Below are positions 18,425 through 27,348 of a DNA stretch of 64,000 nucleotides, piece after piece. The stretch is from a virus, in IMG/VR virus record IMGVR_UViG_3300021373_002787, positions 22,217-86,216 of that record; one strand, written 5' to 3'. The notes under the pieces were generated by a model. That model searched no databases, had not been told where the DNA came from, and saw only the letters and a program-made list of their open reading frames with translations. The position numbers and the translations under genes were made by a program. Positions within the stretch are counted from its first letter, which is position 1. Each line of letters starts with the position of its first letter.

Positions 18425-18778
18425 TTACTTATTATGATATTCTATTTGGTCTTTTAAAAATTCCTTAATTGTTGGAATTACATCATCTTCAGAATTAATT
18501 TCATCAGCCCAGTTGTCATCACCAAAAACCTCTCCATTTCTAAAAAATCGAATAGATCCGTAATCACGATCATTATCTTTGTATTTAGGTCCAGTCAGAA
18601 TATAATCCATTCTATTTGCCAGAATTCCCTCTTTTTCAATAGTTGCCGGATACCCAGCCTTTTTAAGTATCTTAGCCGCTTTTCTCAGGTTTAATTTTAC
18701 ACCTCTATCTCTTCCTACTTCTTTAGCAGTTATCGTGTATTCACCTATAAACTGCTCAAATAATTTAACGTATCTCAT
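18425..18778 (-). CDS. Leader-family protein (MRYVKLFEQFIGE)
   Basis: Leader motif. Confidence 0.75.
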   Translation of the reverse strand: MRYVKLFEQFIGEYTITAKEVGRDRGVKLNLRKAAKILKKAGYPATIEKEGILANRMDYILTGPKYKDNDRDYGSIRFFRNGEVFGDDNWADEINSEDDVIPTIKEFLKDQIEYHNK

Positions 18779-18844
18779 TATTAGTTGTTTGTTTTTAATT
18801 ACAGTACTAATATAATTAAAAAGTCTGACATAAAAAATTCTGGC

Positions 18845-19450
18845 TTATTTTATTATGTGTTTTCTTAATTTGTCATAGTATTTATAAAGATATTTCGGCA
18901 CCATCTTTTCGAATGCTTCTCTATCATCATTTGCAAGTGCTTCTCTAGTCTTTGTACCGCTAGGTCCTCCTTCTGCTCTTGCATCTACCATTTCTAGTTT
19001 AAAATCCGGATGTACAACCGTATCGGTCTTTGGTCCAGTAACATATTTAATCTGTGGTGTGTATGCCTTGATTCTGTCGCTTCCAGCACCTACACCAACA
19101 GTCTCATATCCTTGCTCTCTTAAGAATCTAACAAACCAAGGAATTACTGTTCTACCATAGCTATTTGGGTAAATAAAGAAATCTGCGATCTCCTTCTCGT
19201 TCTTTGCAACCTCTTGTCCAATTTGAAGTAGAAGGCTTTCTGGGAATGGAGACTCTTCACGCTTTGAAACTATTTGCATCGCAACTACTGGCTTACCAAA
19301 CATTTTGGCAGCATTTTTAAGGGCTGCGATATGTCCATTATGAAATGGCTGGAATCTACCAGGCATTACCACGACTTCAGTACCCTCAATTGGTTGAGTG
19401 GTGTCTACCGCCTCACTAATAAACTGCTCGAATAGTTTTACGTGTTTCAT
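18845..19450 (-). CDS. Leader-family protein with an HxGH cytidylyl/adenylyltransferase domain
   Basis: MKHVKLFEQFISE; PGRFQPFHNGH, GAGSDR, SGTKTRE. Confidence 0.85.
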   Translation of the reverse strand: MKHVKLFEQFISEAVDTTQPIEGTEVVVMPGRFQPFHNGHIAALKNAAKMFGKPVVAMQIVSKREESPFPESLLLQIGQEVAKNEKEIADFFIYPNSYGRTVIPWFVRFLREQGYETVGVGAGSDRIKAYTPQIKYVTGPKTDTVVHPDFKLEMVDARAEGGPSGTKTREALANDDREAFEKMVPKYLYKYYDKLRKHIIK

Positions 19451-19469
19451 CTTTTTCTTTATTTTTTGC

Positions 19470-19916
19470 TTAGCCTATATAATAGCTACTAGATTTATCT
19501 ATATTAAGTTCTTTACCATAGTCATCAGTAAATGCATTGTATGGTTTTTTAGCACTTAGTGAAAATGAATTTGCGTCAATTTCTTGGATTAAGAAATGTA
19601 AAGATTCTACTCTAGCCATTCTTTCTAAACCTGGTCTAATAGTTTCTATAGCTTGGTCAATATCAAACCCATCTTTGGCGTTAAATGTCATAAATGTTTT
19701 AGAACCTGGTTTAATTGTAACTCTACTAGTTGATAAAGATTGAATATCACTAGGTTTTACGAATTTTTTAACCGATGAAACAAAACCCTTTGAATTTTTC
19801 CATGGCATATAATTAGTAGATGCTCCTATTCCACCTGCTCTCATTTCAGTATCGCGGTCTACTCCATAGTACTCGGCTTCATTTACAAATTGTTCAAATA
19901 GTTTTACGTGTTTCAT
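19470..19916 (-). CDS. Leader-family protein (MKHVKLFEQFVNE)
   Basis: Leader motif. Confidence 0.75.
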   Translation of the reverse strand: MKHVKLFEQFVNEAEYYGVDRDTEMRAGGIGASTNYMPWKNSKGFVSSVKKFVKPSDIQSLSTSRVTIKPGSKTFMTFNAKDGFDIDQAIETIRPGLERMARVESLHFLIQEIDANSFSLSAKKPYNAFTDDYGKELNIDKSSSYYIG

Positions 19917-19958
19917 TTTGATGCTATATTTTATTTAAATTAGATGTTTTCCAGCTTT

Positions 19959-20216
19959 CTAACATCTGCACATCGCATAACCTAGAACGTTTTCAACATA
20001 TGATTCTAATTCTTCTATAGTAGCATATATTTCATCTGGATCTGTATTTGGATCGTAAAGACCTTTATCCATTAAATAGTCAATAAACATGTCCATGTCT
20101 TCGTTATCCCAAACATCTCTTCCTTTCATTGTTTTAGCCCACCATTTTTTAGCCTCTTTCTCGATTTTCTTATCGGCTTCATTTACAAATTGTTCGAATA
20201 GTTTTATGTGTTTCAT
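19959..20216 (-). CDS. Leader-family protein, paralog of 20559..20807
   Basis: Leader plus ADKKIEKEAKKWWAKTMKGRD. Confidence 0.78.
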   Translation of the reverse strand: MKHIKLFEQFVNEADKKIEKEAKKWWAKTMKGRDVWDNEDMDMFIDYLMDKGLYDPNTDPDEIYATIEELESYVENVLGYAMCRC

Positions 20217-20225
20217 TGCTTCTTT

Positions 20226-20540
20226 TTATCTTTTAATTTCTATATTATAATAATGTTCATTATCACCATTTTCTTTAACAACCTGTAGAGCTTTTGCACC
20301 AAAATCTTTAATAGCCTCTCTAATATCTTTTGCAATAGATTGGCCCTTCATACCTCTATATGTTATGAAAATATTTTTTGTGTCTTTAGGTCCTTTTGGA
20401 AAAGCATAAGGAACAAATTTACTTTTCATTTCTTGAGCAGTGCCATGATTCCAATCAAGTTCATTTTCAAGGTGCTTGATTAATTCATCAACGTTTACAG
20501 ATTCATTAATATATTGTTCGAATAGTTTTATGTGTTTCAT
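20226..20540 (-). CDS. Leader-family protein (MKHIKLFEQYINE)
   Basis: Leader motif. Confidence 0.75.
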   Translation of the reverse strand: MKHIKLFEQYINESVNVDELIKHLENELDWNHGTAQEMKSKFVPYAFPKGPKDTKNIFITYRGMKGQSIAKDIREAIKDFGAKALQVVKENGDNEHYYNIEIKR

Positions 20541-20558
20541 CTTGGTGTTATATTTTAT

Positions 20559-20807
20559 TTAATAGTCAAACTCATAACCTAGAACGTTATCAACATATGA
20601 TTCTAGTTCTTCTCTAGTATCACTTAGTTCATCTGAATTTGGATCTACTAGACCTTTATCCATTAAATAGTCGATGAACATGTCCATGTCTTCGGCATCC
20701 CAAGAATCTCTTCCCTTCATTGTTTTAGCCCACCATGTTTTAGCCTCTTTCTCGATTTTCTTATCGGCTTCATTTACAAATTGTTCAAATAGCTTTACGT
20801 GTTTCAT
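20559..20807 (-). CDS. Leader-family protein, paralog of 19959..20216
   Basis: Near-identical at protein and DNA level to 19959..20216. Confidence 0.78.
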   Translation of the reverse strand: MKHVKLFEQFVNEADKKIEKEAKTWWAKTMKGRDSWDAEDMDMFIDYLMDKGLVDPNSDELSDTREELESYVDNVLGYEFDY

Positions 20808-20815
20808 TTTACTCC

Positions 20816-22105
20816 TTATTTTTTGTATGCTAAGATACTTCTAATTTGATGGATTGGTGCAAAAATACCAGTGTACTTATAGACTTTACCTTTATAAACA
20901 AATGTAATACCTTCGGTAGGTACAATGTTCTCTAATCCTCCAACTGCTGCAACTCTACTTAATTCATGTTCAAGTTTTTCAACATCTGTCGCATCTCCAT
21001 TTTTTCTAATAGTATTAATAGCAGTCTCGATCTCTTTGCGCATCTGCTCTCCAGCCTGTGTTGGGTTTGCGGATAAGAAAGCCTCCATATGTTGCATCAT
21101 CTCTGTACCAACCTCTAGGAAAAGATTTTCAAGAGGAGCATAGATTTGCTTCTTAATCATCTTTTCATTCTTTTTCTCGAAATCACTGTACTCCTTTGTT
21201 AAATCGGGACCCATGTCCTTTTTCATTTTAGCAACACTATATGATTTGTTGATCCCTCCAAGTCGATTAGCAATTCCTTCAATTGACTCTTCTGGAATAT
21301 CTATGTCAAGTCCTCTAACGACGTTAACCGCTCTACCAACGACAAAATCCTGTACTGTTGAATTTAAGTTAATACCTGCATCCTGCATGATACCTTTTAG
21401 TTTGTCATTATAATACTTTGCTCTCGCTTTGGTATTCTTAAATGGCTTGATAGGAATATCCTGTGGTCCACGAACATAGAACATCTCTTGTGCTGCAGCG
21501 TTTGCGTCTGCTATCATCTTACCAAGATCTCTACCGGCTTGTTTATCTTCTCCAACTACTTTTCCATCAATGTCGTATTCTACAATACCATGAAATACTA
21601 GAAGGTCTTGACCATAAGGAACTGTGTTCTGTGTTACTGGAGTCATAATTTCGACGCTTGCGAATTTTGTACCTTCACCAAACATCTTTTCTTTATCACC
21701 AGGAGAAAGGGCTCCAATTGAAGCACTTAGATCGCGCATTGCTGTGTTGTATGCAATTTCAATGTCTCCTCTGTCTTTGAATTTTGCGGCAAGATCGGCT
21801 GCTGTCATTGCGTTTTCACCAGCATTCTTAAGATGACTCTTATTTCTTGCAGCAATTAGTTGACCATTCTTCCATGAAATTGAAAGCTGCTGTCCGTCAG
21901 TTTTTTCTTGAACGAAGTTTTCTGGACCAAATGCTCCTTGAACTGTAGCATCAATCATATCTTTTACATCCGCCATTGTTAAACCTAAGTCTTCAAACGG
22001 ATGGGTAAGGTGGCCATATGCTCCACCTTCAAATAACGGTTCGAGGTCAGTATTTCTGACCTCTCTTTCCGTTAAAAATTCTTCGTATGTATATAATTTA
22101 TTCAT
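20816..22105 (-). CDS. Leader-variant protein with an ATP-dependent ligase-like nucleotidyltransferase fold
   Basis: MNKLYTYEEFLTE; EGGAYGHLTHPFED; QEKTDGQ (KxDG); TEGITF; YKYTG. Confidence 0.65.
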   Translation of the reverse strand: MNKLYTYEEFLTEREVRNTDLEPLFEGGAYGHLTHPFEDLGLTMADVKDMIDATVQGAFGPENFVQEKTDGQQLSISWKNGQLIAARNKSHLKNAGENAMTAADLAAKFKDRGDIEIAYNTAMRDLSASIGALSPGDKEKMFGEGTKFASVEIMTPVTQNTVPYGQDLLVFHGIVEYDIDGKVVGEDKQAGRDLGKMIADANAAAQEMFYVRGPQDIPIKPFKNTKARAKYYNDKLKGIMQDAGINLNSTVQDFVVGRAVNVVRGLDIDIPEESIEGIANRLGGINKSYSVAKMKKDMGPDLTKEYSDFEKKNEKMIKKQIYAPLENLFLEVGTEMMQHMEAFLSANPTQAGEQMRKEIETAINTIRKNGDATDVEKLEHELSRVAAVGGLENIVPTEGITFVYKGKVYKYTGIFAPIHQIRSILAYKK

Positions 22106-24055
22106 TTATCCTAGTGAAGATTGTAAAGCTCCTACCATAGAACCATAATCTCCTTTATGTTTTGAAATTAAACCATCGACTATTTCTTGTGCTTTTTCTT
22201 CGTCAAATTTATCTCCAAATGCTTTTTGAAGTACTGCAAAAGCATATTCTTTGAAGTCATCATCTGATTTTACTTCAGCTTCGGTAACTGCTGATTCTTT
22301 AATATCAAATGAATGAACTCCACCACCTGACATAATATCTCTCCACTCAACGTGATTTAACTCTACTTCTGGATATAGTGTCTTTACTTGATCGATTACA
22401 TAGTCTGGATTTACTTTAAATCCGTATCTAACCTCTAGTTTTTTCTTATCAAGTTTTGTAACTTTTGGTGGTGTATTACCACTATACGCTATGCGAAGTT
22501 GATATTGTACATCGCTCTTATTTAGACCTTCGCTTACTTCAACATCCGCTGATTCCATTGGCTCAAACATTTTAACCATCATTTCAAAGTCTTTCTTAAA
22601 ATAACTTCTTAGGTAACCTCTAACCGCATCGTCAATTAAACCATCTCTATCTCTTTTGTATTCTGGCCAATCATCCCAGTGCCAATCAACTGCATTTTCC
22701 GCAGCATCTCTTAGTTTTCTATCAAAAGGTGATGGCATTTTCTTAGGACTACCAGCATCTTTATGGATTTGTTGATTCATGATGCTTTGATCTGAAGAAC
22801 CCCATTCGTTGACTACTGATTCTCCTGCAAAGTCTTCTGCATTCTCTTTGTCCTCTTTATCTACTGAAGTTACTTTGTACGTTTCACCGTCAACCTCAAA
22901 TTCATCTTCACCGTCTGCGATTGCCTTTGCTCTTGCAGCTCCAAACTCATTTCCTTCAAGAATTCTAGCCTCTAGTACTTCTTTACTTTCGAATTGAGCG
23001 TGAAAATCAGCGATTAATTTTGCGGCCATTGTTTTCTCTCCAATAGAATCTAGGTATAGTGCAGTTCCTTCAACGATTCCTTGTCCTCCCCAGCCAGCGG
23101 CATTTGAAATTCTAGAAGCTTCATTATATAATGCGACTTTAATTCTATCCGCTGAAACTTTAACTTCAATATTACCAAGTCCGCTTGGTTTTGTTACGAT
23201 CGGAGAAAGTGCTCCTTTGATATTTTTAGCAATTGCATTTCCCTCTCTAGAAAAATTAGCGTCCTCCATTGCAGCTTGGAAAATAACTTTAACTGCCCCA
23301 AGTTGCATATTTTTACCATCTACTAAACTTGTGTACATCTTACCAAATAGGTGATTGTATTGAGTTACTACCTTCTTAGCATCTCTCTTATATTCGATTG
23401 GAAAACTTCCAGTTGCTTCAAAAACAAACTTTTCAAAACGAGTAGTTTCAACTGTTTCAAATGCAGGTTTTAGGTCATTATCTTCATAAGTATCTGCCAT
23501 ATACCATTTTCCGTCTCTTTCATCATATAGATAGATGAATTCTGCCCATGACTGTTTAGCATCTCCAATAAAGTCTCTAATGTAGCCTGCGTTTCCTGAC
23601 ATTGTCTCCGTATCGTCGTTATAATAATTAATCTTCTTTGGATCAGCCTCTAAACCAGATCCTGCTCCATTTTGAATAACAACGTCGATGTTTTTTCTCT
23701 TAGATCCTGAGTAACCCTTCTTGATTAGTGGTAACATATTTTCTGGATAACCGTCATAATGCATATAAACAGCTTGAATGTCTCCCTTTTTATTAATTTT
23801 ACCAAAGAATGAACGTGTTCCCTCTTCAATTAGAGAAAGTGATTCATTAAGATCAGTACCTTCTAATCTTGAAAAGAACTCTCCTCTCTTTTCTTCGTCT
23901 AGTTCAGATACTTTTGTTACTCCGTATTCTGCCAATAGATCTTTGAAACTGCGTGCAGTTTCTTCTCTAGCCTCTGTTTGTTTTTGTGCTTCCTCTTCAG
24001 CTAATCTTTGTGATCTAGCCTTTGTGAAGTCTTCAAATGAATTTAATCCAGCCAT
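22106..24055 (-). CDS. Large multi-module putative internal head polyprotein
   Basis: MAGLNSFEDF; modules separated by LNE/IEE/VFE/ILE/VNE/VSE/VTE; contains a GTRS...YMHYDGYP domain and an EFEVDGETY module. Confidence 0.7.
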   Translation of the reverse strand: MAGLNSFEDFTKARSQRLAEEEAQKQTEAREETARSFKDLLAEYGVTKVSELDEEKRGEFFSRLEGTDLNESLSLIEEGTRSFFGKINKKGDIQAVYMHYDGYPENMLPLIKKGYSGSKRKNIDVVIQNGAGSGLEADPKKINYYNDDTETMSGNAGYIRDFIGDAKQSWAEFIYLYDERDGKWYMADTYEDNDLKPAFETVETTRFEKFVFEATGSFPIEYKRDAKKVVTQYNHLFGKMYTSLVDGKNMQLGAVKVIFQAAMEDANFSREGNAIAKNIKGALSPIVTKPSGLGNIEVKVSADRIKVALYNEASRISNAAGWGGQGIVEGTALYLDSIGEKTMAAKLIADFHAQFESKEVLEARILEGNEFGAARAKAIADGEDEFEVDGETYKVTSVDKEDKENAEDFAGESVVNEWGSSDQSIMNQQIHKDAGSPKKMPSPFDRKLRDAAENAVDWHWDDWPEYKRDRDGLIDDAVRGYLRSYFKKDFEMMVKMFEPMESADVEVSEGLNKSDVQYQLRIAYSGNTPPKVTKLDKKKLEVRYGFKVNPDYVIDQVKTLYPEVELNHVEWRDIMSGGGVHSFDIKESAVTEAEVKSDDDFKEYAFAVLQKAFGDKFDEEKAQEIVDGLISKHKGDYGSMVGALQSSLG

Positions 24056-24091
24056 TGTATTATTTTATTTTTTGATTATGTCTGTACTTTT

Positions 24092-25600
24092 TTATATATC
24101 TCCGTCAAACTTTACCTTTTTAATGTCATACTGAAACTTCTGCTCCTTGTATATCTTACGCCTAGCTTTCGAGTGTCTCATTAAATAGTTGTCCCAGTCT
24201 GGTGAGCTAATGTCATCTACAAAGTCAACGATCGTTACACTATCTTTTGACTCATGTTGTCTTAATCCACGACCAATTGATTGTCGAATTATCACCTCTG
24301 ATTTAAAAGATTCTGTGAAGAATATATTGTGAATTTTCTTAATTGAAATACCAGTAGAGAAGGTACCATAGCTTGCTACGATAACGACCTCTTCTCCGAT
24401 CTCCATTTTCTTTTTGTATTCTTCGCGAATGTCCTTATCGGTACCGCCGTCAACATAGTAAACGGTCTTGTCGCTATCATTGCGAAGTTTTTCATATATC
24501 TTCTGGCCATGTTCAATCCTGTGGAAAAGTACAAGGGAATTGCCGCGTACTCTGGAAATGATGTTACAAATAAAATTGAGCCTGCCCTCCGAATTAATGA
24601 TATAGTTTTGTTCAAATTTGAAAACGTCTTTACTTTCATATTTATTAAATGCCATTTCTCTGAAAGCCTCTTTTGCTTTTTCAGGTGCATAGTCCATCTC
24701 AATAACTTTTACGCGACAGTTTGCAATGTAACCCTCAGTTTGAAGGAAATTTGCGCTTACCTCGGTAATTAGTGGACCAGTATAGGCCATTAGTGTTAGT
24801 CGATCCAGTGTTCCAGACTTTGGTATAGTACCGGAAAGGCCATATCGATAGTCGGCATTTTTACACTTCGATAGGATCGTTTTAATTGACTGTGATTTTG
24901 CTTTGTGAGTTTCATCAATGATCACAGCATCAAATTGGTCAAAGTATTCAGCTTTCTTCTTAATTAATGATTGATATGTACCGATCACTACGTTTCTGCC
25001 AGCTCTGATCTTTTGACCACTATAAATTTGCTGAATCTTGATGTTTACCTGGTTTCGATAGTTATAGTCCATAAAGTCCTCACTTGCTTGAATTACAAGT
25101 GAAACGTTTGGTACGATAAACAGGATCTTTTCAGCCTTTTGTTTCTCTAAAATATATGCAACTGTTAGGAATGAGATTAGTGTCTTACCAGCAGATGTTG
25201 CAAGCTCTGAAAGACACTTTCTAAATTTTAATATGTTATATGCAGCGTCGATTTGATAGTCGCGGGGTGTTATCTCTGAATCATCAAAGAAATCTAATGC
25301 CCATTTTTCAAAAGACTCGGCACTAATGTCCCTATCGAAAAGTTCGGTAATTCCATTAATCTTTAGCTCGTACTTGTATTCCTTACAAATGTCAACCACC
25401 TCTTTCCAAAGACCAGATGGAATCCATTTATCGTCCTTGACATAGGAAATGTAGCCGTCCCATACCCCCTTTTTGACAAGTGGATTGAATCTCCACGAGT
25501 CAATTCTTTTGGTAAGTGATATATTCAGCTGCTCGAGTTCTAATGAAGTCGCATCATCGATTCTAAGCAACTGTTTATTTTCAGTTAAACTGAGCTCCAT
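24092..25600 (-). CDS. uvsW: SF2 DNA helicase UvsW
   Basis: PRDYQ, LATSAGKT, IIDETH, GLSGT, STGISIK, QSIGRGLR. Confidence 0.93.
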   Translation of the reverse strand: MELSLTENKQLLRIDDATSLELEQLNISLTKRIDSWRFNPLVKKGVWDGYISYVKDDKWIPSGLWKEVVDICKEYKYELKINGITELFDRDISAESFEKWALDFFDDSEITPRDYQIDAAYNILKFRKCLSELATSAGKTLISFLTVAYILEKQKAEKILFIVPNVSLVIQASEDFMDYNYRNQVNIKIQQIYSGQKIRAGRNVVIGTYQSLIKKKAEYFDQFDAVIIDETHKAKSQSIKTILSKCKNADYRYGLSGTIPKSGTLDRLTLMAYTGPLITEVSANFLQTEGYIANCRVKVIEMDYAPEKAKEAFREMAFNKYESKDVFKFEQNYIINSEGRLNFICNIISRVRGNSLVLFHRIEHGQKIYEKLRNDSDKTVYYVDGGTDKDIREEYKKKMEIGEEVVIVASYGTFSTGISIKKIHNIFFTESFKSEVIIRQSIGRGLRQHESKDSVTIVDFVDDISSPDWDNYLMRHSKARRKIYKEQKFQYDIKKVKFDGDI

Positions 25601-25625
25601 TCATGATAGAGTCTTTTTATTCTCC

Positions 25626-26054
25626 TTACAGGTCTTTAATGGCTAACCTGTTTCGGATGGCAAAGCCCATATTATCTAGGGTTTTTACCGACTCCTTGAA
25701 AAAGTCTAATTGATTTTCAAGGTGTGAGAGTATGGCATTTTCGTCAGCTAGGTCGGCCTCGATGAATCGCTCTTTTTGCTTTTCACCAAGTTTGTAGTCA
25801 TACTCATAGTAACGTAGATATGCTTCTCTATAACGATCTGCTATCTTACGCTTCTGATCTTTAATCTTCACATTGATATATGCGATGTGATCGATCATCT
25901 TTTGGCGATTGGAGAGAACCATTGCAATAGTGTCCTCCATGCCATTTATGTATCTTAGTGATTTTGCTAGGTCCTGGATCTTTAAAGTCCATTCTTCTCG
26001 CTGTTCACTTAATTTCTTATCCAGTGCTAGGATCTTTTCTCTATTTGACATCAA
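25626..26054 (-). CDS. UvsY-like recombination mediator
   Basis: ~140 aa helical protein next to uvsW; IEAD...FFKESVKTLDNMGFAIRN resembles the UvsY C-terminus. Confidence 0.65.
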   Translation of the reverse strand: MMSNREKILALDKKLSEQREEWTLKIQDLAKSLRYINGMEDTIAMVLSNRQKMIDHIAYINVKIKDQKRKIADRYREAYLRYYEYDYKLGEKQKERFIEADLADENAILSHLENQLDFFKESVKTLDNMGFAIRNRLAIKDL

Positions 26055-26062
26055 TATTATTA

Positions 26063-26284
26063 TTAAAACAGTCCCTTGTCCTTGTTATTCTTTCTTATAA
26101 ACTCCGATACCCTTAATTTCTTTTTAAACTTCGGCTTCTCAATATCGATCTTTGGAGCATCATGGTCATAATTGGCGGAAGTAAAGCCAAGCATGGCTTT
26201 CATCCCTTTAAACCTGTCTCGGTCCCTGTAAAAATCATCAAGATCCTTGTCTACCATCTCTGTAATTCCTTCTATACGTACCAT
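26063..26284 (-). CDS. Hypothetical protein
   Basis: Short basic ORF in the operon, ending in GLF; true start may be MVDKDL. Confidence 0.6.
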   Translation of the reverse strand: MVRIEGITEMVDKDLDDFYRDRDRFKGMKAMLGFTSANYDHDAPKIDIEKPKFKKKLRVSEFIRKNNKDKGLF

Positions 26285-27348
26285 AGATCTAATTGACTTG
26301 AAGTGAAATAATCATCCAGTTTTTTAATTGCTGGGTTCTTTAGCTCGAAACACTTAATAACCAAATCGTTCAGATCTTTTATATCATATGTATCTAATTT
26401 ATTTTCTTTTAAAAATTTAGACCACATAAATACAGATCTGCCCTTCTTTAATTTTTCAGCCATCTTTTTCTTACCAGTTTTGTCATTATCAAACATATAA
26501 CGAACAGTTGCCATTTGGTCGAACTCTTCAGTGTTACGACCAGCCGTTGCAAGTGCAAGGCTATTAGTCATAAACTTAGAGTCGATTGGACCCTCAAAAA
26601 TCGTAACTGGTCGTTGGAAATTTATTTGCATAATTCCAAACAGAGTCGATAGTTTTGTTATCTTTTCAAGTTCTTCTTGACTGACTTCTAATTCCTTACC
26701 TAGCTCTTCATATAATTTTGGAAGGTCATATGTTAGGTATCTTTGTCCCTTTCCTTTCATTCTTCGACTTTGTGCCGACATAATCTTACCATCTCCAGTA
26801 AAATTAAGAATCCAAAGGCGATTGTCTCTTGGGCTAAATAGGAACTCTTCACTCTTTTTATGAAGCAGTCTCTTTTTTAGATAGAGCCAAATCCAGTCTC
26901 CAGGTTCTATTTCTCTCGCAGCAAATCCACGCTTAAACTCTTCAACTGATATTGCTAAGTCACTTACACTTTGAAATACAGAATGTGTTAGGGTATCTGC
27001 CTGTGATGTTACTGACCTATTGTGTTTGATATAGTCAATAATAGTAAATGAATCCTCTGAACTGGGAAGTCTTACCTCGTTCTCGCGAAGAAGTGTCTTA
27101 AGATCGGTGTGATAACCACAGTTGTAACAATGATATTGGAGGGTGTCCCAGTACATGTTACCCCTCTTCTTTGTATCGTCATTATGCGAATCCCCACAAT
27201 AAGGACACGCCATAGTAATTCTACCAGGCATGTCCTTTAGCATTTGCTTGTTGGGATTTGAATGCGCCGTTAGACATACGTCCTTCAGCGCTTTCATAAT
27301 CTTTAATCTAAGCTCTTCAGTAAGCTGTGGATTAGATGTCGAGGTCAT
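26272..27348 (-). CDS. DNA primase (gp61-like)
   Basis: Zinc finger CPYCGDS...CYNC; TOPRIM motifs FEGPIDS, FDND and KDLND. Confidence 0.9.
   Translation of the reverse strand: MTSTSNPQLTEELRLKIMKALKDVCLTAHSNPNKQMLKDMPGRITMACPYCGDSHNDDTKKRGNMYWDTLQYHCYNCGYHTDLKTLLRENEVRLPSSEDSFTIIDYIKHNRSVTSQADTLTHSVFQSVSDLAISVEEFKRGFAAREIEPGDWIWLYLKKRLLHKKSEEFLFSPRDNRLWILNFTGDGKIMSAQSRRMKGKGQRYLTYDLPKLYEELGKELEVSQEELEKITKLSTLFGIMQINFQRPVTIFEGPIDSKFMTNSLALATAGRNTEEFDQMATVRYMFDNDKTGKKKMAEKLKKGRSVFMWSKFLKENKLDTYDIKDLNDLVIKCFELKNPAIKKLDDYFTSSQLDLWYV

Noticed and set aside
11728-20807. Recurring ~40-bp DNA repeats separated by unique sequence, superficially CRISPR- or integron-like
   Set aside because: The repeats are protein-coding gene starts with synonymous variation, the spacing is hundreds of bp and irregular, and no cas or integrase gene is in the window.
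19959-20807. Possible diversity-generating retroelement template/variable repeat pair
   Set aside because: Differences include indels and non-adenine changes, both copies are intact ORFs, and no reverse transcriptase is present.
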